Shown here: positions 1 through 15,688 of the stretch, in pieces
Layout: every line of letters starts with the position of its first letter
Numbering within the stretch: the stretch's first letter is position 1
Source of the DNA: Octopus vulgaris
Lineage: Eukaryota
DNA: 64,000 bases
Direction: 5' to 3'
NCBI GenBank assembly: GCA_951406725.2
Contig: OX597818.1
Coordinates: 37,014,001-37,078,000, forward strand
Translations under genes and position numbers: made by a program
Notes under the pieces: generated by a model
Databases searched by the model: none
Told to the model about the DNA's origin: nothing
The model's input: the letters and a program-made list of their open reading frames with translations, nothing else

Positions 1-524
1 CCTTAGACATTTTTACCATCCTGGTTCATTCCAAATCAATTTTATCTGTAGAGTTCGTAAAAAAAAACTATGGTGAAGTCATCGAACGTTCATCTATTTC
101 TGCTTTGCTATTGTGTTTTAACCATGTTCTAAAAAGCAAAATTTTCTGGTAACCAAGTATTTTGTTCCATTGTTGGCCATTTTTGGCTTTTAATTAAATA
201 CACTAATCTTGCTATATTTTCATCATTTCTGTTGTTTCTTTGATATCCATTTTGCTCGGATTTACTTAAGAATACTAAACGTATTGTTCTGTATAATTGT
301 TCTAAAATTTCCATTGACCTGATATGTAAAGTTTTTTTCGTTCCTCCATTTCCTTCAGTTTTCACGTAAAATGATGCAATTCATCAAATTTGTCAATTAT
401 TACGAGATTTGAACTGATTTACTTTAATCCCTTTATAAATAGTTGGCATTCGTTTAAAAATATCGACCACATTAAAATATCTATAATTAATCAATGAGTA
501 GGCATTCAATTATATCCATATTTA

Positions 525-704
525 TTGTTGTCGCTGTTGTTGTTGTTGTTATTATTGGTGGTGGTGGTGGTTGTGGTGGTGGTGGTAGTGGTTATGGTGG
601 TGGTGGTGGTGGTGGTGGTGGTGGTGGTGGTGGTGGTGGTGCTACTGCTGATGATGATGATGAAGATGATTAGAATGATGATGAGGAGGATAATGATGAT
701 GATG
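525..704. repeat. Compound trinucleotide microsatellite (GTT/GTG/GAT)n
   Basis: Direct reading; it accounts for the poly-L/V/M and poly-T/N ORFs. Confidence 0.95.
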
Positions 705-705
705 T

Positions 706-940
706 GGCGAGCTGGCTGAAACGTTAGCACGCCGGGCGAAATGCATAGCCGTATTTCGTCTGCTGTTACGTTTTGAGTTCAAATTCCGTCGAGGTCGACC
801 TTGCCTTTCATCCTTTCGGGGTCGATAAATTAAGTACCAGTTACACACGGGGGTCAATGTAATCGACTTAATCCGTTTGTCTGTCCTTGTTTGTCCCCTC
901 TGTGTTTAGCTCCTTGTGGGCAGTAAAGAAATAGAAATAG
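706..940 (+). mobile_element. tRNA-derived SINE, family A (young tail type)
   Basis: GGCGAGCTGGC A-box-like head, GAGTTCAAATTCC B-box, core GCCTTTCATCCTTTCGGGGTCGATAAATTAAGTACCAG, tail ending AAAGAAATAG. Inserted in (GAT)n; more than 10 homologues in the window. Confidence 0.9.
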
Positions 941-3074
941 ATGATGATGATGATGATGATGATGTGGTGGTTAAAGCAATATGTTCGCTTCGAGTCGATC
1001 GGATGTCTCATTTTATATTCAAAAATTTTGCTCCGTGTACCGCATAAAGCCCAAAAGATTTTGAGGAACACCATATCTCCGTTATATTTTTGCCCTTCAA
1101 GGCGGAATTTGTGATTAGTTCCGTAAAATCACTCATTTCCTTAAAATATTTTGAGTAAACAAAGCGTCGAATTTTTTTACCAATTAAAGGTTGGAAAAGC
1201 CGTCTTGACACTACAGTCTCCAACTTTGAAACAAAGCGTCACAAATGGTTCAGATCTTCTTGAGGGAAGTGTTTGTACAATATAGTATGTCAAAGGTTTC
1301 TATCATAATAGTTACTGAGAGACAAACAGTCAACTGAAATTTTGAACGGGTCACATTCTGTCTCTGATGCAGATTTGAGCTCTTTACCAAGGCATTTAAC
1401 ACACACTAGCCCATTATACCTAACTGTATAGAAATACCTCAGTACTGCAAGGAATGATACTACGTACAATTAAACAGTGTTTCGTAATCTTGAGGTGTTC
1501 AGTTCAAGAGACACTGAAATCGGTTGGCTCTCTTGAAGAATTATCTATTTGTGGTCTATTTCCTCAGTTAAGAAGAAAAAATGTAGGCTCAATGACCGCG
1601 CATTTACGCGCGGGTAATAATCAAATTTTCTATAATAACAATTCCATTATGTCTTTTAGATAACATATTTAATTTTATTTGCATAGCAAGAAACTAGCTA
1701 ATATGTCTTCGAGGTTTGACCTAGTGTCTTATCCAAGGGATATAGATTTGTTTCTCAACCACTTAATATTACCAGATTCAGAATTAAATAGTTTGGTCCG
1801 TAAAATTGATGCTTTAATACATAAATGATGTTCATTTTATTGACTCTCGGAAGAAAAACATAAAAGTAATAATGATTCCTACTAAGTTCGAAAGTGAGAG
1901 TGAGATCCAAAAGAGAAGCGGCTGTAATGCAATATATGGTATGATGGTTTATTAGGCAAGCACTAAGCCTCGTAATTGTGAAGTGATGAGCACTTGAGAT
2001 TCAATGACGTTCATTCTTTTCTATATAATATTAACTATATTAGTAAGGTGATAAAAAAACCGGAAATTGAAAGCAGAGTGCAGGGTTTGCTGGCTAAGAG
2101 GGTGCATTTCGTAATACGACGTTCATCGGTGTCGTGAAATAATACACTATAACTATGCAGACTTATCGACTGGCAAAGTACATGCAAATGCTATGAACGA
2201 TCTTCTGATATATATCTCTGTTGTCATAGAGAGGAAGAAAGAAAATAGAGAGGGAGAGAGAAGAAGAAAGAAAGAATGATGAGCATGAAAGAAAGAGAGA
2301 AGGTTGGAAAAGGAAGACGAAAAGATGTATTCGTAGAAACGAACATTTGTTGGAGATAACTTGATATACAGAACAACACTTATTCTAGAAATTTAGTTGT
2401 GATTGGTGTTAAGTATAAGAGACATTAGTAAAGTGTTTAGTTATATCAGCTGAACGACTAAAATAACAGCATACCTAAGTATTTATTCAATACTGATGAT
2501 CAATGGTTGATAGCAACTTCATTGTAAAATGCTACTTCAATGAAATAACTACTTAATGTATCTAGGTATTTATATGTAGGTAGGTATCTATGTAGGTATA
2601 TACCTGTGTGTTTCTGTGCGATATAGTCAGTCATCGCTGTGCATTAGCTACAGACACAGTCAAAGTCTATTGAATAATATAAAAAAAGAATTTACATTTC
2701 GATCTGTACCATCTTATATTAAGGTTTCCAGTAACATGCGCGCACACGTAGACACACTCACACATACACACACAGGCACGCATACATATGTATAGACACA
2801 GAGATGCGTGTATGTGTCTTCATGCATACATATTACGAAAATATATATGTATATAAATATACAGATAAATAATATACATGCCTATACTTAGGTAACTTAG
2901 ATATGTTTCGACCAAAGATTGGACCAGGCCATGCCTAACTTAATAGCACCATCTGATAGGATTTGCTAAGTCGCTTTTTAGTGTATATATATATATATAT
3001 ATATACATATATATAAATGTTTTCAGAATGAGATAAAAAGCCAAAGCTGTGAAGATTTTAGAACATTTATAAAT

Positions 3075-3128
3075 AGGTTTTACAGCTGTTTCCAGGATAT
3101 TTATTATATCCCTTCATCGGAGAAGAGT
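3075..3128 (-). ncRNA. Minimal type-I hammerhead-like motif (CCGAUGA core variant)
   Basis: Minus strand reads CCGATGA-AG-GGATAT/AATAA/ATATCC-TG-GAAA-CAGCTG-TA, with a palindromic stem III; lies next to (TA)n. Confidence 0.55.
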
Positions 3129-3164
3129 TTTATTTAAATAAAACCCTTCATCGAAGTTTGACAA

Positions 3165-3632
3165 AATTTCTGTCAAATGTAAACCTAAAAGGTCAGATAT
3201 TGTTGTTTGGGACAGAGGGGCAAAGGGAAGTACCATCATAGAGATCAGCTGTCCTACAGATATAAATATCTCTTTGAAAATCAAAGAAAAAGAGGATATC
3301 TATGGACAACTGCTTCGAAACCTCCAGCTTCTATATATATATCCAAACTATGAATTCAGATTCATATCAATAATAATTGGAGAACTAGGTTATGTTAGTA
3401 AATGCTTAAAGGAAAATTTGGGATTTTCAGAAAGAGAAACCGACCGGATAATTCGTACATTACAAGTGCAATCTGAGAGTGAAATAGTAAAAATATAGAA
3501 GACTTTCTCAAGTTTCGAATGTGAATTTGTCTATGTTAAACTACATCCCAAAGATGCAGCTTTGTATCTTTGTTGGAAACCGGCTCCCTCTTCAATGGAA
3601 GATTTATAATAATCAAAAAATAGAAGAGACGT
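3165..3632 (+). mobile_element. 5'-truncated non-LTR retrotransposon 3' end with restriction-like endonuclease (RLE), followed by (TACA)n
   Basis: Degenerate translation KRSDIVVWD...IIEISCPTDINISLKIKEKEDIYGQLLRNLQLLY...IIIGELGYV matches the PD-(D/E)xK domain of RLE LINEs; the 3' UTR runs into (TACA)n at 3632-3743. Confidence 0.8.
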
Positions 3633-3747
3633 ACATACATACATACATACATACACACACACATACATACATACATACATACATACATACATACATACAT
3701 ACATACATACATACATACATACATACATACATACATGCATACATCTA

Positions 3748-4240
3748 CTCTTAACTGATTAGAAGTGCTAATATATGTTTTATTTTGGTCTAAAAGAGCT
3801 ACAGCAAATATTCTCCTCAGTACCACAGATTACCTTGTCAGTTGCTTGATAATAACCCGTTGAGTATGTCCCTTGGTGGATGACGGTTTGTGCATCTCTG
3901 AATCAAGAACAAGCGTAGAGGGGGAGCATCATAGCCATATGCTTAGAAGGATTCTTTAAGGGTTGAATAATTCAACACCGAAAACATGAGTGTTTCGTTC
4001 ATCATCCTTAGACAAACTTTAGTCAGGGACATTTTTGGTGGCATAGGCTATTCGATCTGAAAAAAATTCTAACTGGGTCTCAGCTACAAGGTCATGCTCT
4101 GTTTATCTTGATATGAGATCTCCATGTCGCGCACATATGTTTGTGATGCATGTGCCTGGTGTAGCCTTATCAGACGGATTTATTGGACTTCGTATACTTA
4201 TAGCCCAGCGTCACTTTGATGTCACGTGCTGCTCTCCCAT
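3748..4240 (+). mobile_element. Dispersed ~500-bp non-coding repeat (family E), probably an RLE-LINE 3' UTR or non-autonomous derivative
   Basis: Homologous to 33972-34402, 34738-35268 and 54811-54960 (shared GCTACAGCAAATATTCT, AAAATTCTAACTGGG, CCTTATCAGAC, TCACTTTGATG); flanked by microsatellite. Confidence 0.75.
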
Positions 4241-5069
4241 ACATACATACATACATACATACATACATACATACATACATACATACATACATACATACAT
4301 ACATACATACATGCATGCATGCAAGTATACGATGATGCATAAGTAGAGTCATCAAGCCGCTAGGCAAAAGAAATTGCTGTATTTGTTACGGTTAGTTTTT
4401 TTATATCCACAGTTCAAATTTCATTGATTTTACTTTTAATGTCGGGGGTTGATAAAATAATGTATCAGCCAAGGAATGGAATTGTTATAGCGTTGGACAA
4501 ATGCCATGTCTCTTTCGAATCTTTACATTGTGAGGTTGCCTGCAACAACACGGTTGTTACCTACTGTCAGCTTTTGCCTTTCTCTTGGCACAATGAAGGG
4601 AAACGTGTCACATGGACAACTCATGACTTCCATTAAAAAAAAAAAACTATATTGCCCATGTTGGTATCCCAGAATGAGTTTCAGAATTGAAAGAACAGTT
4701 CAAATCTGAGAAATATATACAAAGTATTTAAGACTAGAGGCAGACTATGACTATTAAATATGAGCGCTTACTTCGAAACTATCCTTTCATTGTATCTGCG
4801 TTAATCTGCATTTTAAAAAATCTTTTATCAAACTTATAATTTTTAGGAAAATCTTTTTGTGACTAAATCAAAAATTTCTTTATATCAAAGATTTCTAAAA
4901 ACTTTTTTTAAATCTGTGTGTGTGTGTGTGTGTGTGTGAAAAAGAAAGCAATATGTCTGAGGATCACTATTAAGTAAAACTCAGTAATTCAGTTTAAAAT
5001 ATACTCTATATATACTCTACGTAATATATTGGGTCCCTTTTCACTCGTCTGCATATATAGGAACGCATA

Positions 5070-5356
5070 CATACATATACACATATGTTTGTGTATATAT
5101 ACACATATTTATGCGTGTGTGTGTGTGTGTGTATTCATATAGATACAGATAGATAGAAAGATAGATAGATACATACATAATACATGCATGCATATATACA
5201 TACATAGTAAATACTTATATAAAGATGTGTATATATATATATATATATTAATATATATATAAAATATATATATAAATATATATATAATAATAAATAAAAT
5301 ATAATAATAATATATATATATAAAAATATATATATATACATATATATATATAAAAA

Positions 5357-5402
<46 letters not shown>

Positions 5403-5582
5403 ACATACATATATATATATACACACATATATATATATATATATATACACATATATATATATATACACATATATATATATACACATATATATATATACAC
5501 ATATATATATATACACACATATATATACACACATATATATATACTTATATTTATGTATGTATACACACACACACATATATAT
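5070..5582. repeat. (TA)n/(CA)n-rich low-complexity tract
   Basis: Direct reading. Confidence 0.95.
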
Positions 5583-6164
5583 GCCTTTTTGCAAATGCGT
5601 GAAGGAGGAGAGAAAGAGATAGAGAAAGATCATTTAGATGAAAGGAAATTGATGAGATTGGTGATGTCATCAAAGCGTACTAAGTTATTCCAATATACTA
5701 ATTCTTCGTATGGCAATATGAAGTACTATACAGCACGACTAAGCTCCTGTTGTAGTAATACGTACGTGGTGAAAATGGCGGAAACAAAGCGATATGATTT
5801 CTAGACCTGTCTGATACTCGATTTCTATCCTATTTATATCCTGTCTATCTTTATATTTAGTGTCCATGTTTGCTGTTAATATAAAGAAATATATTCTTTG
5901 AACTACACTAGCAGGATAATTAATTAATTAATATCTATATTACTTTTACGAAATGAAGAGACATGTTCAGAAAGCTGTTGATTAATTGGAGTGTCTTGGT
6001 GTGATCATTAATAGAGACTTGAAATTCCATAGACACATAGCAGCTGCTGTTTGGCAGACTCATGACATTTTTCGAGTAATGGTTTCTTATTCACACATAC
6101 ATGCACGCGTGGACATACGCACACGCACACACTTACACACTTAGAATCACGCACACACATACAC

Positions 6165-6696
<532 letters not shown>

Positions 6697-6698
<2 letters not shown>

Positions 6699-7462
6699 TT
6701 CTTTATTAGCCACACAGGGCTGCACACAGATAGAACAAATTACAAGGTAGAGCTTTTCTTTGGGGGTAAAAAAGGAGTGGTGGTTTTCGATCAAAAGGGA
6801 TCGTAAAAGGAAAGAAAGAGGACAAAAAAAGGGAGGGGTTAAAAAAAAGGGGGGGGGAGCAAAAAAATGAATAATAGGGATCGTTATCACAAAAATGTCA
6901 ATATGAAGTGTAAAGGGAGGACAGGTGAGGTTTACCCGTGGAAAGAAAAGCCTACGGAAAAGACCACGGTAACCTCGGTCAATGAAGTCACATGTTATAT
7001 TTCTTTTTTTTTTTTTTTTTTGCAAATAAGCAACTCTCTGTATTAATTTTTACGGTTCATAGAATCATAGTCAAGGTGGCTTCGTCATTCATACGTGCCA
7101 TCCTTGCTACATTCACCCATCTTTTTTTAAAACATTCACAAAGACAAAACTTGCCTCTCTACTCTCACTTTCCTCTTCAAGTGATACTTGAAGAAGTTGA
7201 TGAGAGATTGACCAGAGAGGAAAGTGTCCACCAGATACATTCTTTCGCCATAGCCACAAGTATGATAAAAATAGCTCTTCCTTCCCGTTTGAAGGAAGGA
7301 GGCGTGACGATATTAACGATAGACTCGGCTGATAAACCGACACGTCCCACACGTGATAGCAGTCGTTCGACATAAGCCCACAGGTCGGAAATTGTTGGAC
7401 ACTGCACGAGTGCGTGCAGAGCGGTTTCGTCGCTCTGCCCGCGTCTCGGGCAGGTCGGCCCC
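6697..7462 (-). mobile_element. 5'-truncated L1/Tx1-clade LINE (ORF2 C-terminal zinc knuckle plus 3' UTR) inside (GATA)n
   Basis: Minus strand translates GPTCPRRGQSDETALHALVQCPTISDLWAYVERLL...AKECIWW, a CxxC-x8-H-x4-C knuckle (second Cys mutated) plus the IW motif of L1/Tx1 ORF2. Ends AATAAAGAAA then (TCTA)n, with GATA repeats on both sides. Confidence 0.85.
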
Positions 7463-7879
7463 AGATAGATAGATAGATAGATAGATAGAAGCGTTAGTAA
7501 TGGAGTGTAATCAGCTTTGTGAAAATATATGAAAATATTTTAATATACGCATGAAGTAGTCAGTCTCATTGTTTATATATCTAAGGATGTTTGAATGCAT
7601 CTGTGGGTGTGTGTGGGTGTGTGCCTGTGTGCTTATGCGTCTGTGTGTAAATAATTCACATTGGTACGTGTAATAAACATAGATTTAACCATATCGTCTA
7701 AAAGACTGCATTCCTTTAACATCACCGATATCATAAATACACTTGACTTAATCCATTCACCATTGTCATCTCCACAGGACTGTTTGACCTCATCTACCAT
7801 ACACAGAAGACAGAAATTGTCTTGCCGATAATAACGAAATTATTCCGCAGCTGGTGCTGATATTTCATATTTTCATATC

Positions 7880-8629
7880 AGTATACTTTTACTGTTGTCT
7901 ATATTCCGTGATCATCCACTGTGTGTGGATGATTTTGACGTTGATTTATGAGTCTACGCTCGACGGAACCAGATACACTTCTAAGTCGGTCATTCTTGTG
8001 ATTTAATGTCTGTTCGATGTCAAATTTCTTTTCATCAATGAACACCAGCTTGGACAGCGTGCCTTCAGCAATCTCACGCAGAAGACGAATGCTCACCAGT
8101 CTCATGGCCTTATAAACTTGTGTGAGTTCAAGACGGTGTATCTAGTAAGGGTGGATCCTGAGATCCTCCTTCAACACTCGATATATCGATGTTCGGCTTA
8201 CTTTTACCGTGACAGTCAGTTTTCTAATGGACATTTCGGCGTATCATTTCTCTGGTACTTTTGGTAAGATGAGGGATCCGCACACTTCTTTTTCGGCCAC
8301 ATCCAGGTCGATCAGCCGTGGAAACAGTCTCTTGAAGTTTCTTGACAATTTTCCAGACTGTCGTTCGGGTAGATTTAAGCTTTTTATTTTTATTTTTATT
8401 TCTTTTTTTATATATATAGCTGTATTACTTTCTGCCTCTTTGGTGGAGGGTTGTGACTGTATTTCGATCTAAATCCATTATCTAATTTATAAATCTGAAT
8501 TTATTTAGCCTGAAACAAAATGTAGGCACACAAAGGTTTTATAATAATGTATAATTTTCGTATCTTATCACATTTATTAATAGTTATCAAAGCCTGAAGC
8601 TTCAAGTGTCTTAATTTCGGGACACCCTG
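7880..8629 (-). mobile_element. Degenerate Tc1/mariner (maT/DD37D-like) transposon, 5' half
   Basis: TIR-like TA|CAGGGTGTCCCGAAATT at about 8613-8629 (minus); transposase remnant LVFIDEKKFDIEQTLNHKNDR carries the first catalytic Asp. Confidence 0.75.
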
Positions 8630-8652
8630 TATACATACATACATATATATGT

Positions 8653-8780
<128 letters not shown>

Positions 8781-8831
8781 GTATGTATATATGTATGTAT
8801 GTATGTATTTATGTATATGTATGTATGTATA

Positions 8832-8995
8832 CGACGGGCTCCTTTCAGTTTCCTTCTACCAAATCCACGGACATGGCTTTTTGTCGACCCGAAGCTATAG
8901 TAGAAGACACTTACACAAGGTGTCAAGCAGTGGACGTGAACCCGGAACCATGTGGTTGGGGAACAAGCTTCTTACGACAAAGCCATGCCTGCGGC
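8832..8995 (-). mobile_element. SINE family B, 5' module
   Basis: Homologous to the family B head (CCACATGGTTCCGGGTTCA...GTGTCTTCTACTATAGC). Confidence 0.8.
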
Positions 8996-9134
8996 TATAT
9001 AATATATCAATAATTTTGTAACATGCTTATCAATATTATGTTTAAGCGATATGATGATCATATCATCCGTTTTCATGAATTCATGCTTGAGAAATCAATT
9101 ACTTGAAAATCAGTTACTTTATCTTTTATTATTT

Positions 9135-9380
9135 TTTTTCTTTTACTTGTTTCAAAATTTTGGACTGCATTCATGTTTGGGCACCGCCCTGAAGAGTTTT
9201 AGCCGAACAAATCGTCTCTGGGTCTTATTTAAGTCTGGTACTTATTCTATCGGCCTTTTTTGCCGAACCGCAATGGAGACAAAAACACACACCCACTCTC
9301 TCGCTCTCTCTCAGACTCGCACACGCACATATACACACATTTATAAATACATACACACACATATATATACACACACAGAT

Positions 9381-9424
<44 letters not shown>

Positions 9425-9622
9425 GCGCAATACACACACACACATACACAAACACACACACAATGGCTTCTACACAGTGTTTATCAACCAAATTCACTCA
9501 AGGCATTTGTCAGACCGTAGCTATAGTAGAAGATAACTACCCAGAGTACCCCACAGTACGATTGAACCCGAGACCACGTGATTCAAAAGCGAGTTCCTTA
9601 GCTACACAGCCAAGCCTGCGCT
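9135..9622 (-). mobile_element. SINE family B, degraded full-length copy with internal microsatellite
   Basis: Both 5' and 3' modules are present around a (CA/TA)n spacer. Confidence 0.75.
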
Positions 9623-10482
9623 TGTAGGAAATGTAGTAATCTATAGTCTCAGCTAAAATCCTACAAAAATAATGTTCTGATGTCCCAAAAGACAACTCCA
9701 AGTCCTTCAACATGGTTTGCAGTCATGAAATAATAAAATGTAGTGCTAGAAAACTGCGGATTACTAATCTCTGTATAGTTACAGTGTCCAGAGGTGATCG
9801 CATTTGCAGTTTCCGAAAGAGACCGTCATGTCACTCACTAAGGAGTCATCAATCAAGGAACCAACAGAAAACGTTTATTTGCATGGGAACAACAGCAAAT
9901 TCAACAGAACACTGTCCTTCTTTACATGCAAAATTGTGCTCAGCTACAGCTGGATTAAAAATTCACTTTGGGCAAATGCACAAGGGTAGAGTTACTTTTG
10001 GTTTGACACCATGACAATTATAGTTTTCGATTGACACAAAATTTTGAAACAAAATCAAAACTAGATGGCAATTGATGACCCATGGCATAAAAGCTATTAG
10101 ACCTGCTTTAGGCATAGTTGTGTGTGTGTGTGTGTGTGCGTGTGTATATCTGTGTGGGTGTGCGTGTGTATCTGTGTGTGTGTGTGTGTGTGCCATGTAG
10201 GTGGGTGATGCACCATACTGCGTAGGCAAAGATCACTAAATTTGCTTGCTAGATGAAAAAGTAAAAACAAACTAGTGACAATTGGAATTGTTAACGTTTG
10301 TGACAGAAAATAAGGGAAACATTTAAAAACCAAATCCTTTATCATAAAACTGAATAGGAGAAAAACTCGTATTTGTTTGCAGACAAGGTGTCACCTGCAA
10401 GCATTGTTTGAAAATTTTTAATCAAGCAAAATATAGCCTTCTGAAGTTTGTTTTGATTAGAGAATAATTCTTGCAAACAGAA

Positions 10483-10646
10483 GGCGGCTTGAGTTGGTAG
10501 AATCGTTTACGCACTGGGTAAAATGCTTTACGGCGTGTGTTCAAATCCCTTTCAATTTCGATAAAATAGATTGAGTACTGGGGTCGACGTAAATGACTAC
10601 CCCAAACACTAAATTTGCTGGCCTTGTGCCAAAATTTGAAACCAAT
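10483..10646 (+). mobile_element. SINE family A, old-tail subtype, degraded
   Basis: Family A head and core plus GCTGGCCTTGTGCCAAAATTTGAAACC tail. Confidence 0.7.
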
Positions 10647-10871
10647 AGTTGTAAGTAGAGAAAGGATGACGACGAATTTTCATCATTGTGATTTGTATAA
10701 TTTCCAAATCAAAGGGACACCATTCAAGAGGGCCAATCATGTAAATTTAGATAATTTGAGAAAGTGAAGTTCCCAAACAAATGGATTCAGATTCCGCTTC
10801 ACTATGTGGCATCTCGGGCAATCGATACCTTGTGAATGGATTTGATAGACGGAAACTGTATGAAACTAGCC

Positions 10872-10997
<126 letters not shown>

Positions 10998-11124
10998 AGT
11001 AATTAAGGGTTTAGCAACGATGTGCCTCACCACACACCGAAATTTAGAAATAGCAGTCAAAGAGTTATAGCTATTCTTTTTACTAAAAGGGTTATAGCTA
11101 TTCTTTCTACTTGAACTTATCTGG

Positions 11125-11280
11125 AGAGCTTTTCCTTTTCCCTAGTTCTTCGTATTTTTTTGTTTTGGCACGTTCTATTCCGTTGTCTATTAGCATTAAT
11201 GGATTGTCTTTTAAGTGGTAATTGTTTTAGTTCCTGAAGTCTTTCATTGTGAGTTTCAGGGTTTGAGACATTACTTAGTA
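11125..11280 (-). pseudogene. Penelope-like element RT thumb fragment
   Basis: Minus strand reads approximately VSNPETHNERLQELK...LIDNGIERAK, homologous to VSNDTTRNRRLRELR...LVDNGIERAK at about 14560-14670. Confidence 0.7.
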
Positions 11281-11378
11281 TTACTTAAACTTTCCTCGAA
11301 TGAGGCTTTTACATGCCGAAATCTACTTGGTGAAATTAATGATTATTCCAAATTAATTAATTTCACCCTATATTATTA

Positions 11379-11475
<97 letters not shown>

Positions 11476-11484
11476 CAATAGTAG

Positions 11485-11599
11485 GCAGAAGTAACAGTCT
11501 GACTCAAGGTCCAAGAGTTTCGTGCGTTGACACTTATCAAGAGTTAGATAAGTGCCAACGCACGAAACTCTCGGACCCTGAGTCCTCTGTTTCTTCTGC
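11485..11599. ncRNA. Fold-back containing two back-to-back hammerhead-like motifs
   Basis: About 53-bp imperfect arms around 11542. Each reads (TTGATAA/TAGATAA)-GTG-YCAACG-CAC-GAAA-CTC-loop-GAG-TC. Confidence 0.65.
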
Positions 11600-11746
11600 T
11601 AAAACAAATATGGATATACTCACATTTTGAGTTCTGTTTTTCCTGTTTGCACAAACATATCTATATATGTATGTACCGGGTACACACAAATGTGAAACAA
11701 GGTGGAAAAAAGAGTACTCAAATACCAGTATATAAGAAAAAATGTA

Positions 11747-13048
<1,302 letters not shown>

Positions 13049-13469
13049 CACATATAGCACACCTACAATATACATATATACAGTGCACACATACACACAA
13101 ATATATACACTTAATTGTACACGTACATATACAATACACATACATACAATATACATATACACAATGCGCATGCAAATAATGTACATGTTTATACACACAT
13201 AAACATGCAAATAAATATACACACACACACATACACACACACACATATATATACACATATATATATATATATATACACACATACATACATACATACATGC
13301 ACATACATATATTTTTTCACACACATATATATATATAAAAAATTCACCACCCCCCACACACACAAATTACAAACCTATAGCGTACACACTCAAATATATC
13401 TCTACATGCCGCACATACACACAAACAAAGTACTAACATATACACACATACCATGCATATACACACACA

Positions 13470-13506
<37 letters not shown>

Positions 13507-13683
13507 AAAACAGATACATATGTAAATACATACACACGTACACAATGCTCACACACACACACACACACACATACACACACACCCGCACACAGTGCACACA
13601 CACACACACATATATACACACGTGCACACACACACACACATACAACGCGCGCACACACACATATACACACACACGCACACAGT

Positions 13684-13723
<40 letters not shown>

Positions 13724-13899
13724 ACATACATCACCTACATATATATAATGCATGCGTGTGCATGCCACGTATGTGTGCGGTCAATGCCCGCTAGTGTGTC
13801 CTATGCGTGCCGATGCGCGCATGTGCCCGCCCGCACGATATGCTGTGAGCGTGCGCGCGTCCCTGTGTGCTTGCTCTGGATGTGCTTCCAGGGGGTATG

Positions 13900-14697
13900 T
13901 TAGAGTATGTTTAGTTGTGGTCTGTATTTTTGAATAAGATTACTTTCCTTATTTATTCGTGTTTGGTCTGTGGTGTTGTCCGAGCATTGGTATAGTGGGA
14001 AGACTAAGAATTTGGGGGACTTATTGTGTGCACAAAGGTCTAAGTGTCCACTTAGTGGTATCTGTCTTGTGGAGGGCCCTCAGTTGTTGTCGGTGAACTG
14101 TCATTCTGTCTCTGAGGGTAAGGCTCGTTTGCCCTATGTAGTCTTCGTGACATCCTTCACACCTTATGACGTAGAGTAAATTTTTTGATGCGCACGTGAA
14201 GTTATTTTTTATGATGAATGTGTGTCCCGAGTGGAACTTGTACGACGATCCCTCAATGAGGTGGATGCAGGTCTTACAGTTGGGGCGACCACATTTTTTG
14301 ATGGTGGGCGGTGGGTTTGTGTTGTGTAATTTTGCGTTGGTGAGGAGGTTTTTTAGGGATTTAGGTTGTCTCTTACTTTTTATTATTTTATGAGCTGCCA
14401 GTATTTTTTTCAGGCGTGGGTCTTGATTTAGTTGTGGAATGTTGTTGTATATAATAGTGTAAGCTTCTGCATTCCTTGGGTTGTGTGTTGAGAGATAAGG
14501 AGGCTATTGACTGTACTGTGGATGTGTTTGGGTTTTCGAAGGTCTTGAATGTTGATTGATTTGGCCCGTTCTATTCCGTTGTCTACTAGTGATGCCGGGT
14601 AATGTCTTTCGAGAAGAATTGCCCTTAGTTCCCGGAGTCTTCTATTTCGTGTTGTGTCATTTGAGACAATAGTGCAGATTCTTCTCGCTAGGTTGAA
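13900..14697 (-). pseudogene. Penelope-like ORF C-terminus: RT thumb, Cys-rich linker and GIY-YIG endonuclease (two frameshifts)
   Basis: FNLARRICTIVSN...YPASLVDNGIERAK / PYLSTHNPR...KRQPKSLKNLL...KKCGRPNCKTC...FTCASKNLLYVIRCEGCHEDYIGQTSLTLRDRMTVHRQQ / RQIPLSGHLDLC...RINKESNLIQKYRPQLNIL*. The Cys linker is typical of the Neptune clade. Confidence 0.92.
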
Positions 14698-15076
14698 TAC
14701 ATGAATACATGTATATGCATTGCGTGTATATATATGTATGCATTGTGTGTGTATGTATGTTATGTGTGTGTGTGTGTATATATATACTATATGTATGCGT
14801 ACGTATATGTGTATGCATTGTATGTATGTGTGTTGTGTGTATATGTGGTACATCTATGTATGTGTATGTAAACACTATTTATATGTATATGTGTATATAT
14901 GTATATGCATTGTCTATATATATATATATATTATATGTATGTATTGCGTATGTATATTGCATGCATCTATTGTGTATGTATATTACTTACATGCTGTATG
15001 TGTGTATTGTATGTGTGTATATATATGCTAGGTGTATTTGTGCGATATTTATATTATGTATGTATGTGTGCGTGTG

Positions 15077-15111
<35 letters not shown>

Positions 15112-15688
15112 GTGTGTGTATGTGTGTTATATATCTGTGTATGTTATATATAGATACATGTTATATTTGTGTGCTGTGTGTATATGTGATATATGTGGGT
15201 GCGTTGTGTGTGGGTGTGTGTGTTCTGTGTGTGTGTGTGTTGTTTGTATGTGGTGTGTGTTTGTATACTATGTGTGTGTGTGTGTGTGTTGTTGTGTGTG
15301 TGTGTGTTTGTGTGTATATATATGTGTGTGACAAACAGACGCTGTCTGACCAGCAGGCACGGACATCTATTCACACCCGCATACTAACCTCCTGATAACC
15401 CCAAAATCATTCATGCATAAAGGGGAAGTATACACCACATTGGCTACTTCTTCTGTTCTCTCAGTTCAGCCTTTCTGCTAATACTGACAGGTCAGTAAAA
15501 ACATACTTAAAATATTCTGAGATGTACAAAAAATCCATTTTAATTTTTGCTGTCAAAACGCTGTATATATATACCAAAGATTGTATATATATACATGTAA
15601 TGTGACAATTTGCGACAACCAATAATCAACGCAACCAATTCCCAATAATATATTTGTTTTATCCTTTTCTGCCAAATTTTCCCAAATA

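Noticed and set aside
1-1900. Short ORFs at 129-365, 1008-1223 and 1454-1663 as exons or LINE relics
   Set aside because: No recognisable motif; I cannot assign them without a search.
9660-10090. Unique-looking segment with short ORFs
   Set aside because: No domain or splice pattern recognised.
11290-11330. Hammerhead-like GGC/GCC-GAAA (also 22330-22367 and 28185-28205)
   Set aside because: The core or stems are too degenerate to call.
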